From contig JAUILO010000001.1 of assembly GCA_030432775.1 (NCBI GenBank), positions 1 to 34,929 of the forward strand: a DNA stretch of 34,929 nucleotides. The letters are read 5' to 3'. Position 1 is the first letter of the stretch, and the number at the start of each line of letters is the position of its first letter. The notes below the pieces were generated by a model. That model worked only from the letters and a program-made list of their open reading frames with translations. It was not told the origin of the DNA and did no database searches. Shown in pieces: positions 1 to 10,536 of this stretch. The position numbers and the translations under genes are program-made. This DNA comes from Alphaproteobacteria bacterium. Lineage in GTDB: Bacteria; Pseudomonadota; Alphaproteobacteria; Micavibrionales; Micavibrionaceae.

Positions 1-2377
1 CATCACGTAGCAAACGCACATGTGCGCCGCGTTTTACGCTACCGATTGTAACAATACAACCGGCAATGTTACCGACTTTGGTAATGCGGAAGACTTCACG
101 GATTTGCGCCTGACCAAGGTATTCTTCGCGCTTGGTTGGAGCAAGAAGACCGCTTAGGATGCTCTTTGCATCATCAATGACGTTATAAATAATGTTGTAG
201 TAACGAATATCGATATTCTCTTTTTCGGCAAGTTCGCGTGCCTGAACATTTGCACGGACGTTGAAACCAACAACCATCGCATTGGAGGCTTTGGCAAGTG
301 TAATATCGGATTCAGTAATACCGCCAACACCTGTGTGCAGTATTGTAATGCGTACGCCTTCGTTTTCTTCTTCGATTTTACGCAAAGAACCAACAAGTGC
401 TTCAACAGAGCCATGAACATCGGCCTTGATCAATACAGCCATTGTTTGTTTTTCGGCTTCTTTTGATGCAGCCAGACGTTGTTCGAAACTACCCAGAGTT
501 TTGCTAAGGTGTAGAGCTTCGGTGTCTCGTTTTTTGCGCTGTCTGTATTCGGCAATCTCACGCGCTTTGGAATCATTATCAACGACCACCATACGGTCAC
601 CTGATTCAGGCGTGCCGGTCAGACCAAGTACTTCAACAGGCTGTCCTGGGATCGCTTCATCGATAGGTTTTCCATGATCGTTCAAAATAGCACGAACGCG
701 GCCTGATTCTGCGCCCATAACAAATACATCACCAATATGTAATGTGCCGCTTTGGATCAGAACACTGGCAACATTACCGCGGCCTTGTTCAAGGCGGGCT
801 TCGATAACTGTACCCATGGCTTGCTTGTCCGGATTTGCTTTAAGCTCAAGCATTTCGGCAAGCAATAGAATAGCTTCTTCAAGCTTATCAAGATTTGTTT
901 TTTGTTTTGCTGAGAGTTCAATACATTGAACGTCACCACCCATATCTTCGATCACTACTTCGTATTGCAATAAATCCTGCTTTACTTTTTGTGGGTCGGC
1001 ATCAGGCAGATCAATCTTGTTAATCGCAATAATAATCGGAACATCTGCCGCTTTGGCGTGGTTAATAGCCTCAATTGTTTGCGGCATAATGCTATCATTT
1101 GCTGAAACAACAACAACAACAATATCCGTTACCACAGCGCCGCGCGCACGCATTTCTGTGAAGGCCGCGTGACCTGGGGTATCAAGGAATGTGATTTTTT
1201 GTTTGCTTGGTAATGTCACCTGATATGCGCCGATATGCTGCGTAATACCGCCAGCTTCGCCGGCAACAACATCTGTCTGGCGCAAGGCATCAAGAAGGGA
1301 TGTTTTACCATGGTCAACGTGACCCATAATAGTCACAACCGGAGGGCGCGGCAGCAATGATTTTTCATCATCTTCAGGGCCTTCAATGCCAACTTCGACG
1401 TCGGCATCGGTCACACGTTTGATTGTATGGCCAAATTCTTCAACCAGTAACTCGGCTGTATCAGCATCGATAAGCTGGTTAATAGTTGCCATCACACCCA
1501 TAGTCATGAGTGATTTGACAACCTCTGCGCCCGGCTCGGCCATTCTGTTGGCAAGCTCTTGCACTGTAATCATCTCTGGGACAACAACATCACGTTTGAC
1601 TTTAGTCGGTAAGTCTTGTTGTTGCTGTGCCGCCATACGTGCTTTTTCACGGGCGCGTTTCTGTGCTGCCATAGACGGACCACGGTCGCGCGCGTAATCT
1701 TCGTTCAAAACCTGTGTAACGGTAAGTTTGCCCGAACGTCTGCGTGGCTCTGATGTGGATTTTGTCGGACGTTTCTGACTTTGTTTTTTAAGCTTGTCTC
1801 TGTAGCTTTCAGAATTCTCGTCATCAGAATCCGTGTCGGCTATTTTGCGGGTTTTGATATCATTATCAATTTTCTGAAGCTTGCTTTGTGCAAGAGTTTG
1901 TTGCTCAAGCTGTTGACGCTCTTCTTCTTCAATACGTTGAAGCTCTTCGAGCTCTTTCTGACGTGCTTCATCAGCGCTTAGTGTCGCTTTATCTGCCGCT
2001 TTTGTAAGGTTGTTTTTCTTTGCCTCAAGTGCTTCGGCTTCTTTTTTAGCTTGCGCCTGAGCTTCGGCTTCTTGTAAGGCACGAATGCGCGCAACTCTCT
2101 CGCTTTGTGAGAGATCATTGGCACTTCCGCCGGAAGATGATGTCTGAGCTGCATCGGATGAGATATTATCGTTATCGTCAGTCTGAGAAGGTCTTCTTCT
2201 TCTGCTAACTTCCACTTTTACGGCTGATGTGCCGCGTCCTCTTGAAGAAGAACTCGAAGATGGTGCCGCGTCGCCACTTGGAGCTTTCAAGCTCAAAGTG
2301 CCGCCTAGGCTGAGAGTGCTTTTACTCTTGCCGTCTTCCTTGCTGGTTTCTTTTTCTTTGTCTTTTGCGTTGCTCAT
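1..2377 (-). CDS. infB: Translation initiation factor IF-2 (C-terminus lies beyond the window edge)
   Basis: The minus-strand frame is open from ATG (2377..2375) to position 1. It is absent from the ORF track because it has no stop in the window. My translation shows the G-domain motifs GHVDHGKTSLLD, DTPGH and NKID, plus a K/E/A/Q-rich N-terminal region. It sits downstream of nusA as in the conserved operon. Confidence 0.95.
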   Translation of the reverse strand, partial: MSNAKDKEKETSKEDGKSKSTLSLGGTLSLKAPSGDAAPSSSSSSRGRGTSAVKVEVSRRRRPSQTDDNDNISSDAAQTSSSGGSANDLSQSERVARIRALQEAEAQAQAKKEAEALEAKKNNLTKAADKATLSADEARQKELEELQRIEEEERQQLEQQTLAQSKLQKIDNDIKTRKIADTDSDDENSESYRDKLKKQSQKRPTKSTSEPRRRSGKLTVTQVLNEDYARDRGPSMAAQKRAREKARMAAQQQQDLPTKVKRDVVVPEMITVQELANRMAEPGAEVVKSLMTMGVMATINQLIDADTAELLVEEFGHTIKRVTDADVEVGIEGPEDDEKSLLPRPPVVTIMGHVDHGKTSLLDALRQTDVVAGEAGGITQHIGAYQVTLPSKQKITFLDTPGHAAFTEMRARGAVVTDIVVVVVSANDSIMPQTIEAINHAKAADVPIIIAINKIDLPDADPQKVKQDLLQYEVVIEDMGGDVQCIELSAKQKTNLDKLEEAILLLAEMLELKANPDKQAMGTVIEARLEQGRGNVASVLIQSGTLHIGDVFVMGAESGRVRAILNDHGKPIDEAIPGQPVEVLGLTGTPESGDRMVVVDNDSKAREIAEYRQRKKRDTEALHLSKTLGSFEQRLAASKEAEKQTMAVLIKADVHGSVEALVGSLRKIEEENEGVRITILHTGVGGITESDITLAKASNAMVVGFNVRANVQARELAEKENIDIRYYNIIYNVIDDAKSILSGLLAPTKREEYLGQAQIREVFRITKVGNIAGCIVTIGSVKRGAHVRLLRD

Positions 2378-2454
2378 ACTCTGATTTTATATCCTGTTTG
2401 TACGTATAAAGCCATAAGCCATTATTAAATAACGCGAGGTTACATAACATAGGC

Positions 2455-4065
2455 CTAGGCATTACCGGATGCTTCTTTCTGTTCGGCGACTACTTCTTCA
2501 GCTTCTACTGGCACTTCAGGTGCGGTTTCTGCTTCCGCAGTCGCTTCTGTTGTTTCTTCGTCTGCTGTTTCTTCGCCTGCTGTTTCTTCTTCGAACCAAT
2601 GCGCACGTGCGCGCATGATTAGCTTTTCTGCGTCACTCGGGATCATGAAGTCTTCACCGATAATCTCTACAAGCTCGTCTGTTGCCAGATCTGCAAGATC
2701 ATCACGTGTTTTCACATCATTTTCACCAAGTTTAACGATCATGTCAGGTGTTAGACCTTCGAATGTTACCAGATCATCCTGAATACCGAGTTCTTCTTGT
2801 TTTTCTTCAAGCATTTTGTTTTGTGCTTCGATCCAGTTCAAGGCACGTGTTTGAAGTTCAACAGAAATCTCTTGTTCGAAACCTTCGATTTCGTTCAATT
2901 CTTCTACAGGTGTTTCGGCAATCTCGTGGATGGTTGTGAAGCCTTCAGCCACAAGCAAGTGCGCGATAACATCATCAACATCAAGTCCCTGAATAAATAG
3001 AGTTGAGCGTTTTTTGAATTCTTCCGCTCTGCGTTCTGCTTCTTGCTCTTCTGTGATGATATCGATATCCCAGCCAGAAAGATTAGATGCCAGACGGACA
3101 TTTTGACCACGGCGACCAATTGCAAGGCTAAGCTGTTCTTCACCAACAACAACTTCCATGCGTTTGTTTTGCTCGTCAAGAACCACTTTTGTGATCTCGG
3201 CAGGGGCAAGTGCGTTGACTGTGAATGAGGCAACATCGTCAATCCATGGAACAATATCAATTTTCTCGCCGCCAAGTTCGTTGACCACAGCTTGAACACG
3301 GCTACCACGCATACCAACACAAGCACCAACAGGATCGATTGATGAATCGTTTGATGATACAGCGATTTTAGCGCGACTACCTGGGTCACGTGCAACGGCT
3401 TTAATCTCGATAATTCCGTCATAAATCTCTGGAACTTCCTGAACGAATAGCTTGGCCATAAATTCGGGTCTTGTTCTTGATAGGAAAATTTGTGGGCCGC
3501 GGGCTTCTCTGCGTACGTCATAAATATATGCTCTGATACGTGAGTTCGCAGCAATATGTTCGCGTGGAATAGTTTCATCACGTCGTAGAAGTGCTTCGGC
3601 CCGGCCGCCTAGATCAATTGTAGAATTGCCGTATTCAACTCGTTTGACTGAACCGTTGACCATTTCGCCAATGCGATCCTTGAATTCCTGATATTGACGC
3701 TCGCGCTCTGCTTCACGTACTTTTTGTACGATAACCTGTTTGGCTGTTTGTGCAGCGATACGTCCGAAATCAAGCGGAGGAAGTTCATCAATAATGAATT
3801 CGCCTGCTGTTACACCTTTTTGGTAGCGCTGTGCTTCTTCGACAGTTAGCTGACAAGCTTCGTCTTCGATTTCTTCAACAACTTCGCGGTAACGCTTTAA
3901 TGTAATATCGCCGGTTTTACGGTCAATATTTGTACGGATATCGTGATCATGGCCGTATTTTGAACGTCCAGCTTTCTGGATCGCTTCTTCCATGGCTTCA
4001 ATAACGATGTCACGGTCAATGTTTTTCTCTCGTGCGACTGCGTCAGCGACTTGTAACAATTCCAT
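2455..4065 (-). CDS. nusA: Transcription termination/antitermination factor NusA
   Basis: 536-aa ORF with an S1 domain, KH domains (GACVGMRGSRVQAV) and an acidic C-terminal tail. The AAGGAAG Shine-Dalgarno sequence (SD) precedes the ATG. Synteny is rimP-nusA-infB. Confidence 0.97.
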   Translation of the reverse strand: MELLQVADAVAREKNIDRDIVIEAMEEAIQKAGRSKYGHDHDIRTNIDRKTGDITLKRYREVVEEIEDEACQLTVEEAQRYQKGVTAGEFIIDELPPLDFGRIAAQTAKQVIVQKVREAERERQYQEFKDRIGEMVNGSVKRVEYGNSTIDLGGRAEALLRRDETIPREHIAANSRIRAYIYDVRREARGPQIFLSRTRPEFMAKLFVQEVPEIYDGIIEIKAVARDPGSRAKIAVSSNDSSIDPVGACVGMRGSRVQAVVNELGGEKIDIVPWIDDVASFTVNALAPAEITKVVLDEQNKRMEVVVGEEQLSLAIGRRGQNVRLASNLSGWDIDIITEEQEAERRAEEFKKRSTLFIQGLDVDDVIAHLLVAEGFTTIHEIAETPVEELNEIEGFEQEISVELQTRALNWIEAQNKMLEEKQEELGIQDDLVTFEGLTPDMIVKLGENDVKTRDDLADLATDELVEIIGEDFMIPSDAEKLIMRARAHWFEEETAGEETADEETTEATAEAETAPEVPVEAEEVVAEQKEASGNA

Positions 4066-4090
4066 GATATTTCTTCCTTAATCCTATATG

Positions 4091-4600
4091 TTAGTTAGTC
4101 TTTTTAACCCATTGTTTTGATTTTTCAATCAATTCTTCCGTCATTACGAGTTTCGCTTTTTGAATTGTCTCGTAATCAAACGTGTATTCTCCGTCTTCAA
4201 ACGTTAATGTGATCTTGTCATCAGCAGCATTGCTAATATAGCCACGAAAGCGTTTTTGTCCATCAATTGGTGGCGCGATTTCAATTTTAACTTCCATTCC
4301 ATTGTAATCGACGAAATCTTCGAAACGTACGAGAGGTCTATCAATGCCCGGAGAGCTGACTTCCAGTCTGTAGGCATTGGAGATAGGATCCTCAACATCA
4401 AGAATAGTTGAAATTTCGCGGCTGATCTTTACACATTGATCAACACCAAGATTACGGGTCTGCGGATCTTCAACAAGAATTTGCAGGATTGTCTCTTCAC
4501 CCGAGCTTGTGACTTTTACAGCAACCAATCTATGACCTTGCTGTGAAACAACCGGATCAACAATCTGCGCGATTTTCTGTTCTTGTATTGTTTGCTTCAT
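4091..4600 (-). CDS. rimP: Ribosome maturation factor RimP
   Basis: 169-aa ORF with the LEVSSPGIDRPL motif typical of RimP, immediately upstream of nusA. Confidence 0.9.
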   Translation of the reverse strand: MKQTIQEQKIAQIVDPVVSQQGHRLVAVKVTSSGEETILQILVEDPQTRNLGVDQCVKISREISTILDVEDPISNAYRLEVSSPGIDRPLVRFEDFVDYNGMEVKIEIAPPIDGQKRFRGYISNAADDKITLTFEDGEYTFDYETIQKAKLVMTEELIEKSKQWVKKTN

Positions 4601-4630
4601 ATCTTCTTTTAATAATTTGCTTTAGGTAAC

Positions 4631-4657
4631 AAAAAAGGCGGGCCTTTTGAGCCCACC
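4631..4657 (-). terminator. Intrinsic terminator or attenuator hairpin between trmB and rimP
   Basis: The minus strand reads GGTGGGC-TCAAAAG-GCCCGCC (7-bp stem, one mismatch) followed by TTTTTTGTTACC. It lies 31 nt upstream of the rimP start. Confidence 0.6.
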
Positions 4658-4903
4658 CTATACAACCTGTATTGAGTATTTGATGCAGAAAGTAATACTC
4701 TGTCATTGAAAATGCAAGCTTTTATTTGATTTATCGCATATTCGTTTCTTTTACTGAATATAAAGCGCGTAGCGCGTCACGCTTCATCTTGAACTCGTCA
4801 TGCCTATATCTATGGGGCATCTTGTATTAATGCCTGATGGCATTGTGAAGGGATAGTGAGTTTGTCATGATTATATAAGCTGATTCTTTATGATGCTGCG
4901 TAA

Positions 4904-5608
4904 TTAGCGGCGTTTGAAAATGAGATAGCTTTGCTTGCGGCCTGCCTGCGCGCCTTTTTCTTCATAGCGTGTCTTGATCCAGCCCTGTGGCGCTACGGCC
5001 CAGTCTTCGCGTGAACAAGCCGTCCACTCGAATTCAGGGTGGTTTACAGCATGAGTGAGCATCCATTCGGCAAGTCCGTCAACATCGGTCGTCATAATAA
5101 GTGTGGCGCCGCTTTTTAATATGCGGGCAAAACGATCGAGATTTTCCGTGCTGATAATACGGCGTTTGTGGTGGCGGGTTTTGTGCCAAGGGTCAGGGTT
5201 TAATACATATATACCATCAAGACTATCGCTCGCAATTGAATCGACCAGCTTGATCGCATCTTCCATCCAAACACGTATATTATCTGCCGGATCATTAGAT
5301 ATGTCCTTTAAAAACGCTGCCATGCCGTTAATGAAAGGTTCTGCGCCAATGAAACCGTTATGTGGCTGTTGTCTTGTGAGTTCGGCCAGATGTTCACCAT
5401 TGCCAAAGCCAATTTCCAGCCAGATTTCTTCCCGTTGTTTTTCAAACAGGGAAGATGGGATAATCGTGCCTTGCTGGGTTATATCTTCTTCGGGGATCTT
5501 GAGTTTTGGCAACAACGTATCAATCGCGGTTTGCCGCGCCGGAGATAATGGGCGTGCTTGTCTGCGACCGTAAAAGCGTCTTTTATCAGTAGGAACGTGT
5601 TTAGCCAA
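4904..5608 (-). CDS. trmB: tRNA (guanine-N7)-methyltransferase
   Basis: 234-aa ORF with the SAM-binding motif [10 protein letters not shown] and an FYGRR N-terminus. The only in-frame start upstream of FYGRR is TTG at 5608, which overlaps the metK stop by 8 nt. Confidence 0.9.
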   Translation of the reverse strand: MAKHVPTDKRRFYGRRQARPLSPARQTAIDTLLPKLKIPEEDITQQGTIIPSSLFEKQREEIWLEIGFGNGEHLAELTRQQPHNGFIGAEPFINGMAAFLKDISNDPADNIRVWMEDAIKLVDSIASDSLDGIYVLNPDPWHKTRHHKRRIISTENLDRFARILKSGATLIMTTDVDGLAEWMLTHAVNHPEFEWTACSREDWAVAPQGWIKTRYEEKGAQAGRKQSYLIFKRR

Positions 5609-6806
5609 TTTCCTTGCGTAATGCCTCTACAAGGTTAGTCTTTTCCCATGAGAACCCGCCATCGTTTTCCGGCGCGCGGCCAAAATGTCCATACGCAGCA
5701 GTGCGCGCATAAATTGGGCGTCTCAGTTTTAGATGGTCACGAATGCCACGCGGGCTAAAGTCCATTACTTTGTTCAATGCATCGATAATCACAGATTCAG
5801 GCACTGTACCTGTTCCGGCTGTATCAACAAAGATAGAAAGAGGTTTGCTCACGCCGATAGCGTAAGAAAGCTGTATTGTACAATTATCGGCATATCCGGC
5901 AGCAACAATATTTTTTGCTGCATAGCGCGCGGCATAAGCGGCGGAACGGTCAACTTTTGTTGAATCCTTGCCTGAAAATGCGCCGCCACCATGTGGGCAT
6001 GAACCGCCATATGTATCCACAATGATTTTGCGTCCGGTCAGACCGGCATCACCAACAGGGCCACCAATAACAAAGCGTCCGGTCGGGTTCACATAAAATT
6101 CATCCTCCGGACACATCCAGCCCTCCGGCAATACATCCAGGACAATCGGCCGAACCATTTCTTTGACGTCATCTTGAGAAAGACCTTCGGCGTGCTGTGT
6201 TGATACAACAATAGATGTTGCGCGCACAGGCCTCCCATCAATATATTCAAGAGATACTTGCGCCTTGGCATCAGGCTCAAGCTGCGAGAGTTTGCCACTG
6301 TGACGGGCTTCGGCTAGATCTTTCAAGATCTGGTGTGAGTATTGAATAGCCGCAGGCATTAAAACATCTGTTTCTTTACAGGCATAACCAAACATGATGC
6401 CCTGATCACCAGCACCTTCATCTTTATCGCCCGCAGAATCAACGCCTTGCGCAATATCGACAGATTGTTTGTGGACGCGAACATCAACTTCCAGTGTTTT
6501 CCAGTTAAAACCTTCCTGTGCGTAGCCGATCTCTTTGATTTTCTGACGTGCGGCTTCTTCCATTTTGGACGGCGTAATGCTGTCCGGTCCTCTGGTCTCA
6601 CCAAAAATGCCGAGATAGTTTGTTGTGGTGACGCATTCAACAGCAACACGGCTATCGGGTTCTTCGCTCATATAAAGATCAAGAATAGTATCAGAGACCT
6701 GATCACATATTTTATCTGGATGGCCTTCAGACACAGATTCACTTGTGAATTGGTAATTCTTCAAAGCGTTATCTTGCAGTGGTGTCGGTGCTGGCTGTGT
6801 GGACAT
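5601..6806 (-). CDS. metK: S-adenosylmethionine synthetase
   Basis: 401-aa ORF with [12 protein letters not shown] and GGGAFSGKD motifs. The AAGGAA SD lies 9 nt upstream of the ATG. Confidence 0.97.
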   Translation of the reverse strand: MSTQPAPTPLQDNALKNYQFTSESVSEGHPDKICDQVSDTILDLYMSEEPDSRVAVECVTTTNYLGIFGETRGPDSITPSKMEEAARQKIKEIGYAQEGFNWKTLEVDVRVHKQSVDIAQGVDSAGDKDEGAGDQGIMFGYACKETDVLMPAAIQYSHQILKDLAEARHSGKLSQLEPDAKAQVSLEYIDGRPVRATSIVVSTQHAEGLSQDDVKEMVRPIVLDVLPEGWMCPEDEFYVNPTGRFVIGGPVGDAGLTGRKIIVDTYGGSCPHGGGAFSGKDSTKVDRSAAYAARYAAKNIVAAGYADNCTIQLSYAIGVSKPLSIFVDTAGTGTVPESVIIDALNKVMDFSPRGIRDHLKLRRPIYARTAAYGHFGRAPENDGGFSWEKTNLVEALRKEIG

Positions 6807-7005
6807 AAGCGCTGTTCCTTGTCATCGTCTATCAATCAATTTGTATTTGTTTGCATGTACATGTTTTGAACGAACTATCTTCATAGCATGATGATGAAGA
6901 AAATCCAGAAGAATTCAGATGTTTTTACACGTGTAATCGACTATGGGTATCATAATATATGAATCCCCTTTGCATAGTGTTTATTTGTTTTGCTGAAGAA
7001 AAAAA

Positions 7006-7443
7006 TTAGCTGTCAGTCAGATTTGCTGCCATTGATTTGATAATACTCAGTAATTCTTTACGCTTTTTGGGGTCTTCAACCGAGTAATATACGCGAACGA
7101 GGTCAAGCGTCTCTTTTTTAGACATGATATCGGTTTCGCCAGCATTATAAGAATCTTGATCGTTATCTGACAGGCCTGCTATGGCGGATTTGCTGTTGTT
7201 GAAGTCTTCGAAAAAGTAAGCGATCGTTGTTTTCAAAACAGCGCTTAAATCATATAGGCGACCAGCACTGATACGGTTTATACCGCGCTCGTATTTTTGA
7301 ACTTGCTGGAAGGTTACTCCAAGGGCTTCGGCCAGTTTTTCTTGTGTCATACCAACAAGAGTACGGCGCATGCGCAACCGTTTACCAACATGCACGTCAA
7401 TTGGAGAGGCCTTGCCTTTAGTTTTTGTTTCGGTTTTTGTCAT
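7006..7443 (-). CDS. XRE-family helix-turn-helix transcriptional regulator
   Basis: 145-aa ORF. The HTH segment is MTQEKLAEALGVTFQQVQKYERGINRISAGRL. The position between lnt and metK is, as I recall, common in alphaproteobacteria. Confidence 0.8.
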   Translation of the reverse strand: MTKTETKTKGKASPIDVHVGKRLRMRRTLVGMTQEKLAEALGVTFQQVQKYERGINRISAGRLYDLSAVLKTTIAYFFEDFNNSKSAIAGLSDNDQDSYNAGETDIMSKKETLDLVRVYYSVEDPKKRKELLSIIKSMAANLTDS

Positions 7444-7595
7444 ACTTCATTTCACTAAGTTAAAATCCACCAAGATAGTTATGCAGTGCTATATGGTAAG
7501 TAGATTTGTTTAATATCAGAAGATTACATATGCATGCAATATGTCTTTTGACAACTAACCTATGGTATATATAAATGAATTAGGGGTATTTTTTT

Positions 7596-9347
7596 CTATG
7601 ATCTTTTGATGAGAATAAAAATACACGCAGTTCCGAAATGCAAAATTACAAAGAGCCAAAATAGCAGATTTCCGTAGCGCGAATATATCGTGGCATTTTG
7701 CAATTTGCTCGGAATGCGATGGGTTTTTGCCCCCGTGGTAATCAGATCGATCCGGAAAATTTCTTGTCCATAAGCATCAAAAACGCCTGATATTCCTGTG
7801 TTTGCAGAACGTATGACCGGTAAGCCTTGTTCAATAGCGCGTGCGCGCGCCATGGCAAAATGTTGATAGGGGCCGGTACTGTTTCCATACCAGCCATCAT
7901 TCGTTACATTGACGATAAAGGCTGGCTTTTTGTTTTTTGTTTTGTCCTGAGTATCATGCTCTACAGCTTCGTTTGGAAAAATAATTTCGTAACAAATTAA
8001 GCCCGAAAATAAAATATTATCTGTGGATAGTTCTGTAGAATCTAGCTCTATGGTGTTGGTATGGCTGCCTGTTTTGAATCCAGAGAATTGTGTAACAGTT
8101 TTAAGAGGTATCCATTTCTGGAAAGGAATATATTCGCCAAATGGCACCAGATGGGATTTATCATATGATGTGATGCGCTGTAGAGCCGCGTCAAAAACGC
8201 TCAGGCTGTTGTGGTAATTATTAGTGGTGATGTCACTGTCGTCATCTTGCGGTGTCTGGGTGACGCGCAAATGGCCGCTGACCAGATAAACATTGTGGTC
8301 ATAGCGCGCTAACATATTGCGTATAGAGTTTTGTACGACAGGTACACTGAGAAGGTGGTCTGATATTGCAGTTTCCGGCCAGATAATAAAAGTTGTTTTC
8401 GCAGGTACCTTGGGAAGCTTTGTTTTTTCTGCGCTCTCTATTGAATTTCTCTGTGCCGCATCACTTGGCTCGTCAATGTCGGCTTGACCTTGATGGTCTG
8501 ATATGGCGGTTTCCGACGCATTCATGACATAGCCTTGCTCTGATAGGTTGATCAGAGTGCGTAAATTATCAGCGGCTTTTTCCGGTGCCCATTTATCCTT
8601 TTGCTGAATGTTAGGCTGCACGATATGAACGTAAGACGTGCTATCGTTAATGTGGTACTGGGCGGCTGAATAAAGGCGTATATAACCAAAAGACAGTGTT
8701 GCTATGAAGGTTGAGACGATAAACATAGCACACACATATTTAAACCGCTGTGATACGCCCCAAATATAGATAAAGCCGGGAAGAAATCCCCAAAGTAACG
8801 TTAGCGCGCTTAAGCCATATATGCCTATAACGGATAATATTTGTAACATCGGCAGCGCCTGTGACCAGCTATAGCCATATAAATTCCATGGGAAGCCCGT
8901 GAATAGATGTCCGCGAAGCCATTCTGTCAGGGCGAATATAGCAATAGTGCCAAGATATCCGTTTATTTGATCCAGTTTAAAAAGGTGACAGCTCGTAAAG
9001 GTGGCAAAACCCGTAAATAGAGCCAGCAAGGCTGGTAAGCCAAGAACAGCAAATGGCCACGCCCATATATATTCATTACCCTCGACCAGTAAGGCATTAC
9101 CAATCCAGTAAAGCCCGAATAGGTGATAGCCAAAAGCAAATAGCCAGCCATAAATGAAAAATGTATATTTCTTGGCTTTGCCGCTTTGTTGAAGCTGTGC
9201 CAGATAGACATAGAAGCGACCCAAAGAGATGAATATCGCAAACCATGCGCCAAAAGGTGGCAAGGCAAATGCGCCAGCAAGCCCGAATAAAAATACGAAT
9301 ATAAAGATATTGCTGTTTAATTTCTTGTAAGCGGAAAGCAAAGTCAT
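7596..9347 (-). CDS. lnt: Apolipoprotein N-acyltransferase
   Basis: 583-aa ORF with a multi-TM N-terminal half. The C-terminal CN-hydrolase domain has E (IIWPE), K (YDKSHLVPFGEY) and C (LICYE). It is the last gene of the phoH-ybeY-corC-lnt cluster. Confidence 0.9.
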   Translation of the reverse strand: MTLLSAYKKLNSNIFIFVFLFGLAGAFALPPFGAWFAIFISLGRFYVYLAQLQQSGKAKKYTFFIYGWLFAFGYHLFGLYWIGNALLVEGNEYIWAWPFAVLGLPALLALFTGFATFTSCHLFKLDQINGYLGTIAIFALTEWLRGHLFTGFPWNLYGYSWSQALPMLQILSVIGIYGLSALTLLWGFLPGFIYIWGVSQRFKYVCAMFIVSTFIATLSFGYIRLYSAAQYHINDSTSYVHIVQPNIQQKDKWAPEKAADNLRTLINLSEQGYVMNASETAISDHQGQADIDEPSDAAQRNSIESAEKTKLPKVPAKTTFIIWPETAISDHLLSVPVVQNSIRNMLARYDHNVYLVSGHLRVTQTPQDDDSDITTNNYHNSLSVFDAALQRITSYDKSHLVPFGEYIPFQKWIPLKTVTQFSGFKTGSHTNTIELDSTELSTDNILFSGLICYEIIFPNEAVEHDTQDKTKNKKPAFIVNVTNDGWYGNSTGPYQHFAMARARAIEQGLPVIRSANTGISGVFDAYGQEIFRIDLITTGAKTHRIPSKLQNATIYSRYGNLLFWLFVILHFGTACIFILIKRS

Positions 9348-9440
9348 AAGAGGCGTCTTCTATACCAATTGTTGTCTGAGAAAATTCTCACAAGACATCT
9401 TTGTCTAGACCTATGGGGGTTGGCAACAGCTTATAGATGC

Positions 9441-10505
9441 TTATTCATTATTTTCGGCTAGCTCGGGGATGTTTTTGATCAAAAGCCTATTGATGCGGCG
9501 CGGATCTGCGTCGACAACTTCAAAGACCATTCCTGTCGGGTGCGTCAATATCTCGCCGCGCGCAGGTACGCGTCCGGCAAGTGCGAAAACAAGGCCGCCA
9601 AGCGTCTCAATATCTTCGCGCTCATCTTCGTCCAATATTTGTCCGTAATGTTTTTCAAATTCGTTCAGATCAAGTCTTGCATCAACAAGAACCGAGCCAT
9701 CGGAGTTTTGTCGCATTGTCGGTGTGTCATCAATATCGTATTCATCGTCAATTTCACCAACGATGGATTCAATAACATCTCCAATGGTAATCAAACCATC
9801 AATACCGCCATATTCATCAACAACAAGCGCCATATGTTTGCGCATTTGTTTGAACATTAATAGCAGGTCCAATACATGCATAGCCGGTGAGATGATAGGA
9901 ACATCACGGATCAGATCGGTCATTTCGATCTGGTTACCACGTGCAAGACAGGCCAGGATATCCTTGATATGAATTGTACCAACCAGATTATCTAGAGTTT
10001 CGTTGTAAACGGGCAGGCGGCTATGTTGTTTTTCGGCCAGAACCGAAAATAGCTCTTCTTGTGTTGTGTTGATATCGATCGCGATAATATCGGCGCGCGG
10101 GATCATTGCATCAAAAACCGATACATCACGTAGCTCTAGAATGTTCGATAATAACGCGCGTTCATGCGCCGATGTAGATCCGATATCGCCGCCAAGGGCT
10201 GCACCTTCTTCAATATATTCCTCGATTGCATCACGCAAAGAAGAATCGCTGCGGCCTTTTACAAGATTTTGGATCCATTTGAAAATGTTCTGGGGGTCTC
10301 TGTCGCCTGCGCTTACACGAACATGCGTGCCATTGGCTTTGCAAGGGGAAATCTCGATAGAATTATTCGGGGTAGCATCACTATTTGGCGCTGTGCCGGA
10401 ACTTTGACTGCCATAGCTTGGGGTGTTGGAGCCACTATCAACTTCGTGGCTCTTCCTACTCGACGGGTCTTCGTCTTTATTTTCGATTTCTAACATCTTA
10501 TACAT
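9441..10505 (-). CDS. corC: CBS-pair / CorC_HlyC domain protein (CorC/TlyC/YbeX family) with a disordered N-terminal extension
   Basis: The C-terminal ~270 aa show a CBS pair and a CorC_HlyC domain, and the gene occupies the ybeX position of the ybeZYX-lnt cluster. The track starts at GTG 10511; I prefer ATG 10505. The first ~90 aa are S/N/P-rich low complexity. Confidence 0.85.
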   Translation of the reverse strand: MYKMLEIENKDEDPSSRKSHEVDSGSNTPSYGSQSSGTAPNSDATPNNSIEISPCKANGTHVRVSAGDRDPQNIFKWIQNLVKGRSDSSLRDAIEEYIEEGAALGGDIGSTSAHERALLSNILELRDVSVFDAMIPRADIIAIDINTTQEELFSVLAEKQHSRLPVYNETLDNLVGTIHIKDILACLARGNQIEMTDLIRDVPIISPAMHVLDLLLMFKQMRKHMALVVDEYGGIDGLITIGDVIESIVGEIDDEYDIDDTPTMRQNSDGSVLVDARLDLNEFEKHYGQILDEDEREDIETLGGLVFALAGRVPARGEILTHPTGMVFEVVDADPRRINRLLIKNIPELAENNE

Positions 10506-10536
10506 GCTCACTTTTTAATTATGCCATAAAACTATA

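Noticed and set aside
2904-3581. 225-aa alternative-frame ORF inside nusA. Similar long shadow ORFs occur at 5055-5573, 6447-6869, 8963-9280, 10066-10493, 12666-13016, 13093-13650, 15536-16006, 17564-17908, 19561-19920, 26799-27230 and 34470-34889.
   Set aside because: Each lies entirely within, or antisense to, a gene with clear family motifs. They have odd composition (Cys/Arg/Ser-rich, low complexity) and no SD, so they are typical shadow ORFs.
6807-7005. Possible SAM riboswitch (SAM-II or SAM/SAH type) in the metK leader.
   Set aside because: The minus-strand leader is AT-rich, and I could not find the conserved pseudoknot elements or SD sequestration. Only an Rfam covariance-model scan could overturn this.
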